Source: an uncultured delta proteobacterium (GTDB lineage: Bacteria; Desulfobacterota; Zymogenia; Zymogenales; Zymogenaceae). Taken from it: a stretch of DNA of 64,000 bases. Under the pieces are notes generated by a model. That model saw only the letters and a program-made list of their open reading frames with translations. It was not told the origin of the DNA and did no database searches. The translations under genes and the position numbers were made by a program. Positions 43,434 through 53,075 of the stretch are shown piece after piece (position 1 is the first letter of the stretch; each line of letters opens with the position of its first letter). The stretch covers positions 266,456-330,455 of the forward strand of contig CAWBYW010000016.1 in NCBI GenBank assembly GCA_963792965.1, read 5' to 3'.

Positions 43434-45035
43434 ATGAAAGATTCACCACTGAGGACTTCGGATATAAAAGAAGCGATCCTTAACAGCATGCCGGAGTCCG
43501 TAATCTATCTGGATAGGGACAACAAGATCATCTGGGCCAACAGACCTGCGTATGAATCGATCGGCACGCCGCCCGAGCGGCTCGTCGGAAGTCTGTGCCA
43601 CGAGATACTGGCCGGAAGCGCGGATGCGTGCGTGGGATGTCCTGCGGCTGAGGCGCTTGCGACCGGAAGGCTCCACGAGGGTGAGATCACGACTCCCGAC
43701 GGCAGGATATGGTCGGTCACGGCACACCCGGTCCGTGGAGACGGCGCCGGGATCGAAGGAATCGTGGAGGTCAGAAAGGACGTCACGGCGCAGAGGATCG
43801 CGGATGCTTCGCTCAGAGAAACAAAGGAGCTTTTCCGCCTTCTGGCGGAAAACGCCAGCGATCTGGTCTACCGGTTACGATTGTTGCCGACGAGGGGGTT
43901 TGACTACGTGAGCCGGGCCTCGACCGAGATTACGGGGTACACCCCGGATGAGCTCTATCTTAATGCGGACCTGTTCTTCAATAGCATAGACCCGAAAGAC
44001 CGCCAACGGGTAAAGGCGGACCTCGAGAAAGGGCATTCCGGGGGACGGACAACACAGTTCTCTTTGACGAAGAAGAATGGGGGCACGGTCTGGCTGGAGC
44101 AGCGTGTCGCCCCGATCCTGAACGAGGGTAATACGGTCATCGCGGTGGGCGGGATCGCGCGAGACATAACCGAAAGAAAGGACGCCGAAGATCGCCAAAG
44201 ACTGATCGTTCAAATACTCGAAGTTCTCAACCAGGTAAGCCGGAAAAAAGACAGGATCATGCTCATCCTGCTGTTGATAAAGGAATACGTGGGTTTTGAC
44301 GCAGTCGGGATACGCCTGAGAGAAGGCGATGATTTCCCCTACTACGAAACGAGAGGATTTGAAGTGAGTTTCGTTGAGAGCGAGAAGTCCATTTGCGCTC
44401 GAACGAAGACGGGAGAGATAGTAACGGACTCACGCGGAAATCCCGCCCTTGAATGCCTGTGCGGCACCGTGATTTCCGGAGCGATCGATCATTCCCTCCC
44501 CTTCTATACGAGGAATGGGAGCTTCTGGACCAACAGCAAGCCCGACCTGGACGCCCTGTCGAGAAAGGGCATCGTTCGGGGTCTCCGCGGGCGTTGTTTC
44601 ACGGACGGGTATGAGTCTGTCGCATTAATTCCTCTTCGGTCCGAAAGCGGTATAATCGGTCTCCTCCAGCTCAACGACAGACGAAAGGAGATGGTCACGC
44701 CCGAGATGGTGAGCTTCCTGGAAGGTGTCGGGGCCACAATCGGTATCGCATTTGAGCGCAACAGGATCGAGGAGGAGAGGGAAGGATTGATCGCGCGCCT
44801 GGAGGATTCTCTGGCCAAGGTCAAGGCCCTCTCGGGATTGCTGCCCATCTGTGCGAAGTGCAAGAAAATACGGGATGACAAGGGCTATTGGAGTAAGATG
44901 GAAAAGTATATCGGTGAACATGCCGATGTCAGCTTTACCCATGGTATCTGCCCGGATTGCGAGAAAGAGCTCTCCCCTGGGCGCGCGAAAGAGGGTCGTG
45001 AAGCACAGGTAAAGGCGTCCGGGGCCAAGCCTTAG
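43434..45035 (+). CDS. PAS-PAS-GAF sensor with C-terminal Cys/His (zinc-like) domain, no kinase domain
   Basis: Two PAS-PAC (KDVT, RDITER), GAF (GYESVALIPL...IGLLQLND), LLPICAKCKKIRDDKGYW...THGICPDC. Confidence 0.82.
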   Translation: MKDSPLRTSDIKEAILNSMPESVIYLDRDNKIIWANRPAYESIGTPPERLVGSLCHEILAGSADACVGCPAAEALATGRLHEGEITTPDGRIWSVTAHPVRGDGAGIEGIVEVRKDVTAQRIADASLRETKELFRLLAENASDLVYRLRLLPTRGFDYVSRASTEITGYTPDELYLNADLFFNSIDPKDRQRVKADLEKGHSGGRTTQFSLTKKNGGTVWLEQRVAPILNEGNTVIAVGGIARDITERKDAEDRQRLIVQILEVLNQVSRKKDRIMLILLLIKEYVGFDAVGIRLREGDDFPYYETRGFEVSFVESEKSICARTKTGEIVTDSRGNPALECLCGTVISGAIDHSLPFYTRNGSFWTNSKPDLDALSRKGIVRGLRGRCFTDGYESVALIPLRSESGIIGLLQLNDRRKEMVTPEMVSFLEGVGATIGIAFERNRIEEEREGLIARLEDSLAKVKALSGLLPICAKCKKIRDDKGYWSKMEKYIGEHADVSFTHGICPDCEKELSPGRAKEGREAQVKASGAKP

Positions 45036-45262
45036 GTGAATTGATGTATCTCTTCGTTTCGCGTCCTCCCGACAGCTAAAGCCGGAGACATGGCAGGCAG
45101 AGACCCACAACGATCGGTGGAGGGCTCTCGTCGATGGAAAAGGAAAGGGAGTCAAACAGCGGGAGCCCGGATACGAGTTTTTGAAAAGATCGGAGCCCTC
45201 ATCGGACAAGAAGTCGTGCGGATGCATTATTGCTCGGAGAAGGGGTCCATCGTGGTCCTGAT

Positions 45263-45640
45263 TTAGAACAGCACCCCGAAGAAAAAAAGGATCGCGGCGG
45301 TCAGAAATATCACGGGGCACAGCTGGTAGGCGATAAACGATACCCGCGCCCCGGTAAAAAGGCTCACGACCGCCATGACGACGAGCATGACTGCCGATAT
45401 CTCGTAGACGACGTGTGATATCGGATCGTCGGCCCCGGCGGCCATCGTCACCCCGAGCGCGAGTGCCCCGATGAAGCAGAGCGTCAGCCCCTCCATGATC
45501 CACTCCATCGTCACGACTCTCGTGTCGTCTATCGATTTCAGCTTAAAGCCCGTGACGACGCTCTTGGTGAAGATGAGATGGGCGATCCCCCAGAGGATCA
45601 CTATGAGAGCACCGATAAAGACCAGTACCTGGTTGATCAT
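45263..45640 (-). CDS. hypothetical four-TM membrane protein
   Basis: WGIAHL..TK.VV.GF, MEWI.EG..L.FIG, CP.IF; start MINQVL with GGGG RBS. Confidence 0.7.
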   Translation of the reverse strand: MINQVLVFIGALIVILWGIAHLIFTKSVVTGFKLKSIDDTRVVTMEWIMEGLTLCFIGALALGVTMAAGADDPISHVVYEISAVMLVVMAVVSLFTGARVSFIAYQLCPVIFLTAAILFFFGVLF

Positions 45641-45867
45641 AATAGTACCCCTATTTATACTTTTACCCATTGTGCGGCATGACGTCTTAAACGAGATCAT
45701 ATCAGCAAATAGGCCGAGCATAAAGAAAAATGTCTCGGTTCGCGTCCGCGGCTCCTCGGCCTCAGTTCTGTTCGTAGGCATACGGGGCGGCAAATCATAG
45801 AGAGGAATTATCTGTCGGTTTTGCCGGCTCGACTGTTAATAGAAGCACAGGGATCGCATTATCAACT

Positions 45868-45896
45868 TGACTTCTCCGGTAAAGAGACGTATCATT
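45868..45896 (+). promoter_or_regulatory. sigma70 promoter of the outer-membrane protein gene
   Basis: TTGACT-17-TATCAT. Confidence 0.55.
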
Positions 45897-46042
45897 AAGA
45901 TTCTCTAATACTCACCGTCGCGCCATTGTAAGGCGTGGCACAGAGTGTGTAACAGCTCGGTTCTTCACGTTAGACTCCCGGACCGTCCTTAATCGAAGGA
46001 CGGCCCGCTTACATATCATATGATTCTTTTAAGGAGGACGTA

Positions 46043-47834
46043 ATGAAAGGAAGAAGGGTATCGCTTTTCCTTGCTTTTCTTGTTTTTTGATCTGCGGGCT
46101 TCGGACTGCTGGCGCCGCGCTTGCCCAGGACAGCCTCTACCTCGAGGAGCCCAACCTCTATAATGTGCCCAAGACACTGATGGTTCCCTCGGGGCAGATG
46201 TGGGCGCCGGAGTTGAGGGATAACCCGGCACTCATGAAACCCGATAAAGACGTCGTGTTTCTTGCCAACCTCTCCTACCTGGGCGGCTACACAACCGTCG
46301 ACCTGGACAGCGCCCTTACGATCGGCTCCCCTCTGCTGATCGGCTTTACGGGCGTCGCCTCCAGCTCCGGTGAGGAAACCTACGTCACCAACGGGGTGGC
46401 GGCCGACGCCGGCGTGATCCTGAAGACGTCGGACATGTCCCATTTCGGCGTCATGATGAAGTACCGCTGGCTCTCCACCACCATGGACGGCGACCAGTTC
46501 CAGAGCTTCAGTGCAGCGGCGGGGGCGTTGACGGGGAGCTTCTCTTCCTCGCTGGGCCGCGACATCACGGCCAACGACTTTTCCCTCGGGCTCTTCTATA
46601 ACCTCGAGTTTTCCCGGGCCTTTGCCCTCGGGATGGGCTTCAAGTACGGCTACGACAACGAAAAGAGCGACTATAACATGGTGGGAAGCGGGACTTCCAC
46701 CAGTTTCGGACCCGAGTCCGCCAGCGTGAACCGTGAGTTGACGCTCACGTCTCACCGGTTTGCCCCCGTGTTCGGGGTCTCGGTGAAGCCGACCGATTCC
46801 CTTACCCTGGGCGCGTCCGTCGAGGCCGGGTTCGTCACGGGCGGCGTGGACAAGGATGACGTCCTGTTTGATAACGTTCCTATCGTGCCTGCTTTCCTGA
46901 ACACCCACAGCGAGGTCCTGAAGTCGGGCGACCTTTCCGGGTGGGGACATCAAGACGGGCATTGACGTGACCTACGCCGTCTCGGACAAGCTGTCGTTCC
47001 CCTGTTTCGTGAATTTCCGCTACGGACATCTGAGATGGGACGTGGACGGGACGGCGACGGGGATATTCTTCCCGTTCGTGCCCCTGGAGCTTGCCGCCAT
47101 GCCGGGGCCCGTGGCCTATGAGAACGAGAACACCTGGTGGGACGTAGCTGCCGGCTTCGGCGCGAAATTTACCCTCGGCGGCATGGACATGAAGGCCACG
47201 GCCGCATATATCCACGTGAATTTCGACAACGACTACGACCAGAGCAACACCAACAACACCACTATCTTCGTCCCTGCCGGCGCGAGATCCGACTTCGAGG
47301 AGCACGTCTCGGAAACCCGGGACGTCATCAGCCTCGGGATCGCGGCCAAGAAGGACTTCACCCCGGCGCTGACCGGCGAGGTCGGGCTGCGATACGACCT
47401 CGGGTGGGGGACGATGGACCTCAACCGGGACTACCTGCCCGGGTTTAACTTTCTCGGGACTGTCCCGCTGCTTGGACTTCTCCTATTCCGACACGGCGTT
47501 TTACCAGAACCTGACGCTCAGCGCGAAGGCGCGGTACGCCCCCACCGAGCGGCTCACGCTGTCGCTCGGGGCGAACGTGACCTTCCCGATCGACCCGCTC
47601 AACTACAACCTGGACGGAAGCGTCTCCGGGGTTGACAGCGGTATACCGTTTGTTTCACCATCACGATTGCTGTATGATGGCCCGGCGGACCTCGGCTGCG
47701 ACACGACCGACTGGCAGTACGGCGGCTTTTTGTCGCTCTCCTACAAGATCGGCATACCTGCGCCGGTGCCGCCCGCCGCGGCGCCCGAGGCCCCCAAGGT
47801 CTCTCCCCAGCTGACGCCGATGAGCAAGAACTAA
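46043..47834 (+). CDS. putative outer-membrane beta-barrel protein, split by three frameshifts
   Basis: AAGGAGG-ATG at 46043, signal peptide ending ALA-QD, alternating beta-strand patterns; frame breaks near 46086, 46945 and 47470. Confidence 0.7.
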
Positions 47835-47853
47835 ACCCTATACCATCCGGCAT

Positions 47854-47893
47854 AAAAAGAGCGGGGCGGCATTTGCCGCCCCGCTTTTATTTC
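47854..47893. terminator. bidirectional intrinsic terminator
   Basis: AAAAAG-AGCGGGGCGGC-ATTT-GCCGCCCCGCT-TTT between convergent genes. Confidence 0.85.
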
Positions 47894-47925
47894 TATCTCT
47901 CCGTCCCGAAGGACTCGGACAGTTC

Positions 47926-48792
47926 TTACGCCTCCAAACCAAGCGCCCTGAGCACGCGCTCGTTGAAGAGCTCGGGCTTTTCCACAACGGGGTTATGGTA
48001 GCTTTCCGGGATCGAGACGATCGTGAGGTTCTTGAAGTAGGTATCGACGAGTTTTGAAAACTCGCCGATGGGGCCGAACGACTTGCCTCCCTGGACGTAG
48101 AAGACCGGAACGTCCGTTCGGTAGTTCTGCCGGTACAGCTCATATCTTCCCTTGGAAAAACGATAGATGGCCCCGAGGAAATCGAGGGCGCTGTCTATCG
48201 AGGTGCGCTCGAAGCCCTCCCAGGTATAGAGCCAGCCGTTGTTTCCGTTGGACTGCTGCAGGGGCAGAAAGGAGTTGAGGAAGTTGAAGCCCGCCCCCGT
48301 CTTGAAGACCGCGCGGTAGAGGAGCTTATTGAATTTTGGTACCAGGAGCGGATAGAGATACTTCGGGAAATAGGCATGGACTTCAATGAGGATGAGCTTC
48401 TCGATCAGCTTGGGGTAGCGCTGGACGACCTCCATGGCAATGTTGCCGCCGAGGCAGTTGCCGATGAGCGTGATCCGGCCCAGCCGGAGCTTTTCGATAT
48501 ATTTCCTGCCGAGCTCGATGAAGTCCTCAAAGTTGAAGTGGGGAAGCGGCGTACTGCCCCCGTAGCCGGGCCATGCGGGGCGATAGACGGTGAAGTGGCG
48601 GGCGAAGGCCTCGTGACACATCCCGAAGGTATCTTCGTTGCCGATCCAGCCGTGGTAAAAGACAAGCGGAGGCCCCGAGCCGCTGACCTTCGTCGAAATA
48701 TTAAGGCCGTCGATCTCTGTCATCATGATCTCTTCGGTTGCTTTCTTCCGTCGAACAACGGGTGCCGATTTCTCTCTCAGACGCATTTCCAT
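47926..48792 (-). CDS. alpha/beta hydrolase with G-N-C-L-G nucleophile elbow
   Basis: HGW oxyanion motif, PGYGGS, LIGNCLGG, SYHNP catalytic His. Confidence 0.85.
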   Translation of the reverse strand: MEMRLREKSAPVVRRKKATEEIMMTEIDGLNISTKVSGSGPPLVFYHGWIGNEDTFGMCHEAFARHFTVYRPAWPGYGGSTPLPHFNFEDFIELGRKYIEKLRLGRITLIGNCLGGNIAMEVVQRYPKLIEKLILIEVHAYFPKYLYPLLVPKFNKLLYRAVFKTGAGFNFLNSFLPLQQSNGNNGWLYTWEGFERTSIDSALDFLGAIYRFSKGRYELYRQNYRTDVPVFYVQGGKSFGPIGEFSKLVDTYFKNLTIVSIPESYHNPVVEKPELFNERVLRALGLEA

Positions 48793-49304
48793 GGCGCCAC
48801 CCCTTTAGTCACAAAAAGGCGAAAAACGCTCTTAATCCCCATATCAGATAACGCCGGCAGTGTCAATCCATAATATTATAGTACATTATAAATTATACCA
48901 TTTTACGGACAACGCGGCAACTTCTTTCAGCTCCCGGCTCGTATACCCGGCAACGAAGATGCTCACGAAAGATACGGGAACGAGCGCTAAAAGTTCTCGG
49001 GATCTTCTCTCTTATCTTACATCGCCGCTCACTACGGTTTGGTGAGAGCCTCGACAGCCTCCTTTGCCCGCGTTCACGACGAGTATAACGGGAAGCGCGA
49101 AAGGCCGCCAGGGAGAAGGAAGACTGGGATACTCACCCCTCCCCGTGGCGCTCGATGCGGCCGGGCCGACGGGTCGTGCATTTTAGTGGAGAAAGGGGCG
49201 ATTGTGCGGTCGAAAACGCCAGACGAAGACGAAAATGCTTGATATCGGCTCATTCTTCTGGTATAAAAGCAAGGTTCCAATTTATTCAAAGTGAGGTGAT
49301 ACCC

Positions 49305-49403
49305 TTGGGCAGCGTGATCAAGAAACGTAGAAAAAAGATGAGGAAGCACAAATATAAAAAACTCAGAGCGAAGATGCGCCACAGACGTAGACGCGGTAGA
49401 TAA
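49305..49403 (+). CDS. AURKAIP1/COX24-family small ribosomal protein (bS22/mS38-like), 32 aa
   Basis: TTG start with GAGGTGA RBS; MGSVIKKRRKKMRKHKYKKLRAKMRHRRRRGR; TTGATA-17-TATAAA promoter upstream. Confidence 0.88.
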   Translation: MGSVIKKRRKKMRKHKYKKLRAKMRHRRRRGR

Positions 49404-49491
49404 GGATCGGGCTGGCGCTCTCAGAGTCTCAAAGACGAGGGGCTTTAGTAAGCGGTCGTGTACCCTTAAGCCCCCGTTTTGTTTTCGGCGG

Positions 49492-50031
49492 GTGCACGTG
49501 GAACAAAGACGACACGTCCTCATCACGGGATTTCCCGGGACGGGAAAAACGACGCTGATCTCGTCGCTTATCGGGCGGCTTCCGGGGACGCGGACGGGAT
49601 TTATCACGCGCGAGGTGCGCACGGCCGGGGTCAGGAAAGGGTTCACCATCGAGACGCTTGAGGGCGTGACGGCGCCCCTGGCCGACGATGCACCGGGCGG
49701 CTCACGGCGTGTGGGAAAATATCGCGTCCTGACCGAGCATATCGATGGCGTGGCCGTCCCGGCCATCCGCGCGAAGGCGGATTTCATCGTCATCGATGAG
49801 ATCGGTAAGATGGAGACCGTCTCGGAAGAATTTGTGCGTGCGCTTCAATCGGCCTTGGACGGCCGGTCTACGGTCGTCGCCACCATCGCGATGAAAGGAG
49901 GCCCCGTCATCGAGACGATAAAGGCGCGGCCGGACGTAAAGATCTTCGAGGTAACGCGCGAGAACCGGGATACTCTCGGCGATCTCATTATCGCCGATAT
50001 CGTGACCCGTCGTGCGACGGGGGCTACGTGA
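49492..50031 (+). CDS. nucleoside triphosphatase (THEP1/NTPase_1)
   Basis: ITGFPGTGKTT, GFITREVR, VGKY.V, IDEIGKME. Confidence 0.9.
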   Translation: MHVEQRRHVLITGFPGTGKTTLISSLIGRLPGTRTGFITREVRTAGVRKGFTIETLEGVTAPLADDAPGGSRRVGKYRVLTEHIDGVAVPAIRAKADFIVIDEIGKMETVSEEFVRALQSALDGRSTVVATIAMKGGPVIETIKARPDVKIFEVTRENRDTLGDLIIADIVTRRATGAT

Positions 50032-50140
50032 TGATCTGTTTCGCGTACGCCGAAAGCGGGGGCATCGGTCACGGGGGGCCGGCATATCTTTTCCAACGAC
50101 TGGTGTGGTAGAGGGCGGGCGCGCCTCACTATGACGGACC

Positions 50141-50728
50141 ATGAAGATAATCAAGGCGGAATATATCAAAAGCGCGACAGGCGCCGCGGACTACCCGAAA
50201 AGCCCCCTTCCCCAGATCGCCCTGGCCGGCCGCTCCAACGTGGGCAAATCTTCCCTCATCAACTGCCTCGTCGAGCGAAAAGGACTTGCCAAGATATCAT
50301 CGACCCCCGGGAAAACCCGCACGATCAACTTCTTTAACATCAATGACCGGATCATTCTCGTGGACCTGCCCGGCTACGGCTACGCGCGGGTTCCCAAGGA
50401 GATGAGACTATCCTGGCGGCCGATGGTGGAGCGCTACTTCGCCAGTTGTGAGACGCTGGTGCTCGTCGTCATCATCATCGATATCAGACGTGGACCCGAG
50501 AACGAGGAGATATCCCTCTACTCATGGCTGTCCGGGCGTGGGATACGGTCCATCTTCGCGGCGACGAAGGCCGATAAGGAAAAAAAGGCGGCGGTGCAGG
50601 GAAGGATCTCCGCGATCACCGCGGCGCTCGGGGCGCCGCCTGAGGATGTCGTCCTCTTTTCGGCCAGGACGAAGATGGGAAGGGACCTCCTCTGGTCCCG
50701 AATCCGGGAGGCCGCCGGTGCCTCATAA
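50141..50728 (+). CDS. engB: ribosome biogenesis GTPase YihA/YsxC
   Basis: GRSNVGKSSLIN, STPGKT, DLPGYGYA, TKADK. Confidence 0.95.
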   Translation: MKIIKAEYIKSATGAADYPKSPLPQIALAGRSNVGKSSLINCLVERKGLAKISSTPGKTRTINFFNINDRIILVDLPGYGYARVPKEMRLSWRPMVERYFASCETLVLVVIIIDIRRGPENEEISLYSWLSGRGIRSIFAATKADKEKKAAVQGRISAITAALGAPPEDVVLFSARTKMGRDLLWSRIREAAGAS

Positions 50729-51572
50729 AATCTCCTTCTCAACCCCCGCGAAGGTCAATTATTACCTCAGGGTGGCCGGAAAACGGCCGGACGGCTATCA
50801 CGATCTGGTCTCGGTCATGTGCGCGGTGAGTCTGTTTGACGAGATCACCATGACCCTCGGGGGCAGAGGGGTCTTTGTCCGGTCCGATCACCCTAACGTG
50901 CCGTCGGGCCCGGACAACACGGTCTTTCGAGCGGCGCGGCTCGTCCTTGATGCCGCGGGAGATGAGGGCGGCGTCGATATCCATATCGATAAGAAGATCC
51001 CGATACTGTCGGGACTCGGCGGGGCGAGCTCCGACGCCGCCGCGGTGATGAAGAAGCTCAATCAGGTGATGCGTCTGGGCTTTTCCTTGGAAGAGCTGAC
51101 GAGCCTCGGGATGCAGGTCGGATCGGACGTTCCGTTTTTTCTCCACGGATCTCCGGCGCTCGTCACCGGGAGGGGGGAGATCCTCGAGAGCATAAAAGGG
51201 ATTCCGGAGGCGTGGCTGGTGATCGTTAAACCGCCGGGGGGTATTTCGACGCGTGATGCATATAAAAGTGTTGATTTGCTATTGACAGAAGATAAAAAAC
51301 ATATTATGATTCCGAAGTTTAATGGTACACTTGACGGTCTTGTTGTCGCCATGTCCAACGATTTTGAGCCGATAGCCGAGCGCGAGCTCGGCGAGATATC
51401 GGAAATTAAGGACAAGCTCATAAGACTCGGTTCGATGAAGGCTATGCTTACAGGAAGCGGTTCTGCGGTCTTTGGGGTATTTGCGGATGAGATCTCGGCG
51501 CATCGGGCGTGCTCGATACTCCGGGATCGTCCTGACTGGAGCGTCTTTGTCGCGAAAAATCTCTTCGACTAA
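50718..51572 (+). CDS. ispE: 4-diphosphocytidyl-2-C-methyl-D-erythritol kinase
   Basis: PAKVN..L.V...RPDGYH, KKIP..GLGGASSDAA, GSDVPFF, LTGSGS. Confidence 0.95.
   Translation: MPHKISFSTPAKVNYYLRVAGKRPDGYHDLVSVMCAVSLFDEITMTLGGRGVFVRSDHPNVPSGPDNTVFRAARLVLDAAGDEGGVDIHIDKKIPILSGLGGASSDAAAVMKKLNQVMRLGFSLEELTSLGMQVGSDVPFFLHGSPALVTGRGEILESIKGIPEAWLVIVKPPGGISTRDAYKSVDLLLTEDKKHIMIPKFNGTLDGLVVAMSNDFEPIAERELGEISEIKDKLIRLGSMKAMLTGSGSAVFGVFADEISAHRACSILRDRPDWSVFVAKNLFD
51282..51310 (+). promoter_or_regulatory. internal promoter within ispE, probably for spoVG-tRNA-prs
   Basis: TTGACA-17-TATGAT in an AT-rich island inside a GC-rich CDS. Confidence 0.6.
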
Positions 51573-51592
51573 TTTTTACCATGGAGGCAGCA

Positions 51593-51889
51593 ATGGACAT
51601 AACTGAGGTCAGGGTTTTTCCGGTGAACGAGGAGAGGCTGAAAGCGTACGCCACCATCACCTTTGACGACTGCTTCATTATCCGGGATCTCAAGGTCATC
51701 GATGGAAACAACGGCCTTTTCGTTGCGATGCCGAGCAAGAAGAGGAAAGACGGGACGTTTCGGGATACCGCGCATCCGCTGAACAACGAAACGCGTGAAA
51801 GGATCGAGGACGTGGTGCTTCGGGAATACGAGAAGGAGCGAACGCGGGTCGACGACGGAGGAAGACCGCTCATGCGGGACGACGAATGA
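51593..51889 (+). CDS. spoVG: SpoVG nucleic-acid-binding regulator
   Basis: M.ITEVRV, LKAYATITFDD.F.I.D.KVI.G..GLFVAMPS, FRDTAHP. Confidence 0.95.
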   Translation: MDITEVRVFPVNEERLKAYATITFDDCFIIRDLKVIDGNNGLFVAMPSKKRKDGTFRDTAHPLNNETRERIEDVVLREYEKERTRVDDGGRPLMRDDE

Positions 51890-51956
51890 GCCATCGGGTC
51901 ATGCCGACGGACTCATCCAGGAGAGAGTCAGGGATATAGTATATAATATACAATAT

Positions 51957-52031
51957 TGGGGTGTCGACAAGCGGTAAGTCTCGGGACTTTGGATCCCGCA
52001 TTCGGAGGTTCGAATCCTCCCACCCCAGCCA
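51957..52031 (+). tRNA. tRNA-Gln(UUG)
   Basis: Acceptor stem TGGGGTG/CACCCCA-GCCA, anticodon arm CGGGA-CTTTGGA-TCCCG, T-loop GGTTCGAATCC. Confidence 0.97.
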
Positions 52032-52054
52032 CTTTAGAAGCATAGATAAAGACA

Positions 52055-52993
52055 GTGGACAGGATAAAGATATTTTCCGGGACTTCCAATCCCCGGATGA
52101 CAGAGGAAATCTGTGAATTCCTAAAGATCCCCCTCGGGAAAGCGAAGGTCTCTCTTTTTTCCGACAGCGAGATCTCAGTAGAAATCCATGAAAGCGTGCG
52201 GGGCATGCGGGTCTTCGTGATTCAATCCACCTGCCCCCCCGTGAACGACAACATCATGGAGCTCCTCGTGATGATTGACGCCCTCAAACGGGCATCCGCG
52301 GAGGAGATCACCGCCGTAATCCCCTATTACGGATATGCCCGCCAGGATCGCAAGGTTTTCCCCCGGGCACCCATATCGGCAAAGCTCGTGGCCGATCTGC
52401 TGGAGGCGGCAGGCACCCACCGCGTCATCTCCATGGAGCTGCACGCGGGCCAGATTCAGGGATTTTTCAATATCCCGGTGGATCACCTCTACTCGTCTCC
52501 GGTGATGATTACGTATCTCAGAAATAAGTTCGGGAAGGACGCGGTGATCGTCTCGCCCGACGCCGGGGGCGTGGAACGGGCGCGGGCGTACGCACAGCGC
52601 CTCGAGATGGGGCTTGCCATCATCGACAAGCGGCGCCCGGGGCCCAACGTCGCGCAGGTGATGAACATCATCGGCGACGTCGAGGCTAAGAACGCCGTGA
52701 TCCTCGACGACATGGTCGATACCGCCGGAACACTGGTCAAAGCGGCCGACGCCCTCATCAACAGCGGGGCGAAGGCGGTCTTTGCCGCGGCCACCCATGC
52801 CGTTCTGTCGGGAGAGGCCGTCAAGAGGATCGTCGATTCCCCCATCAAGGAGCTGGTAGCCACCAACACCATCCCGCTGTCCGAAGAAGCAAGGAAATCG
52901 GGAAAGATCACGGTCCTCTCGGTCTCGCACCTCCTCGGAGAGGCGATCAGGCGGGTGCACCAGCGGGGCTCGGTAAGCGAGCTCTTTATCTAA
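52055..52993 (+). CDS. prs: ribose-phosphate pyrophosphokinase
   Basis: PYYGYARQDRK, VSPDAGGVERA, DDMVDTAGT. Confidence 0.97.
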   Translation: MDRIKIFSGTSNPRMTEEICEFLKIPLGKAKVSLFSDSEISVEIHESVRGMRVFVIQSTCPPVNDNIMELLVMIDALKRASAEEITAVIPYYGYARQDRKVFPRAPISAKLVADLLEAAGTHRVISMELHAGQIQGFFNIPVDHLYSSPVMITYLRNKFGKDAVIVSPDAGGVERARAYAQRLEMGLAIIDKRRPGPNVAQVMNIIGDVEAKNAVILDDMVDTAGTLVKAADALINSGAKAVFAAATHAVLSGEAVKRIVDSPIKELVATNTIPLSEEARKSGKITVLSVSHLLGEAIRRVHQRGSVSELFI

Positions 52994-53075
52994 CGGATAC
53001 TGAAAGGCGTGGGAGGTTCGGTCCCCACAGATGAGTGGGACGCCGGGCCTTCCTTTCATAAAAAGGTGAGAGAAA

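Noticed and set aside
45040-45130. c-di-GMP riboswitch-like fragments (GGACGCGAAA, GCTAAAGCC)
   Set aside because: The elements are on opposite strands or in the wrong order, and the region is between convergent genes.
51957-52031. tRNA-Gln as an integration site
   Set aside because: It sits in its conserved ispE-spoVG-prs context, with no duplicated 3' end or integrase in the window.
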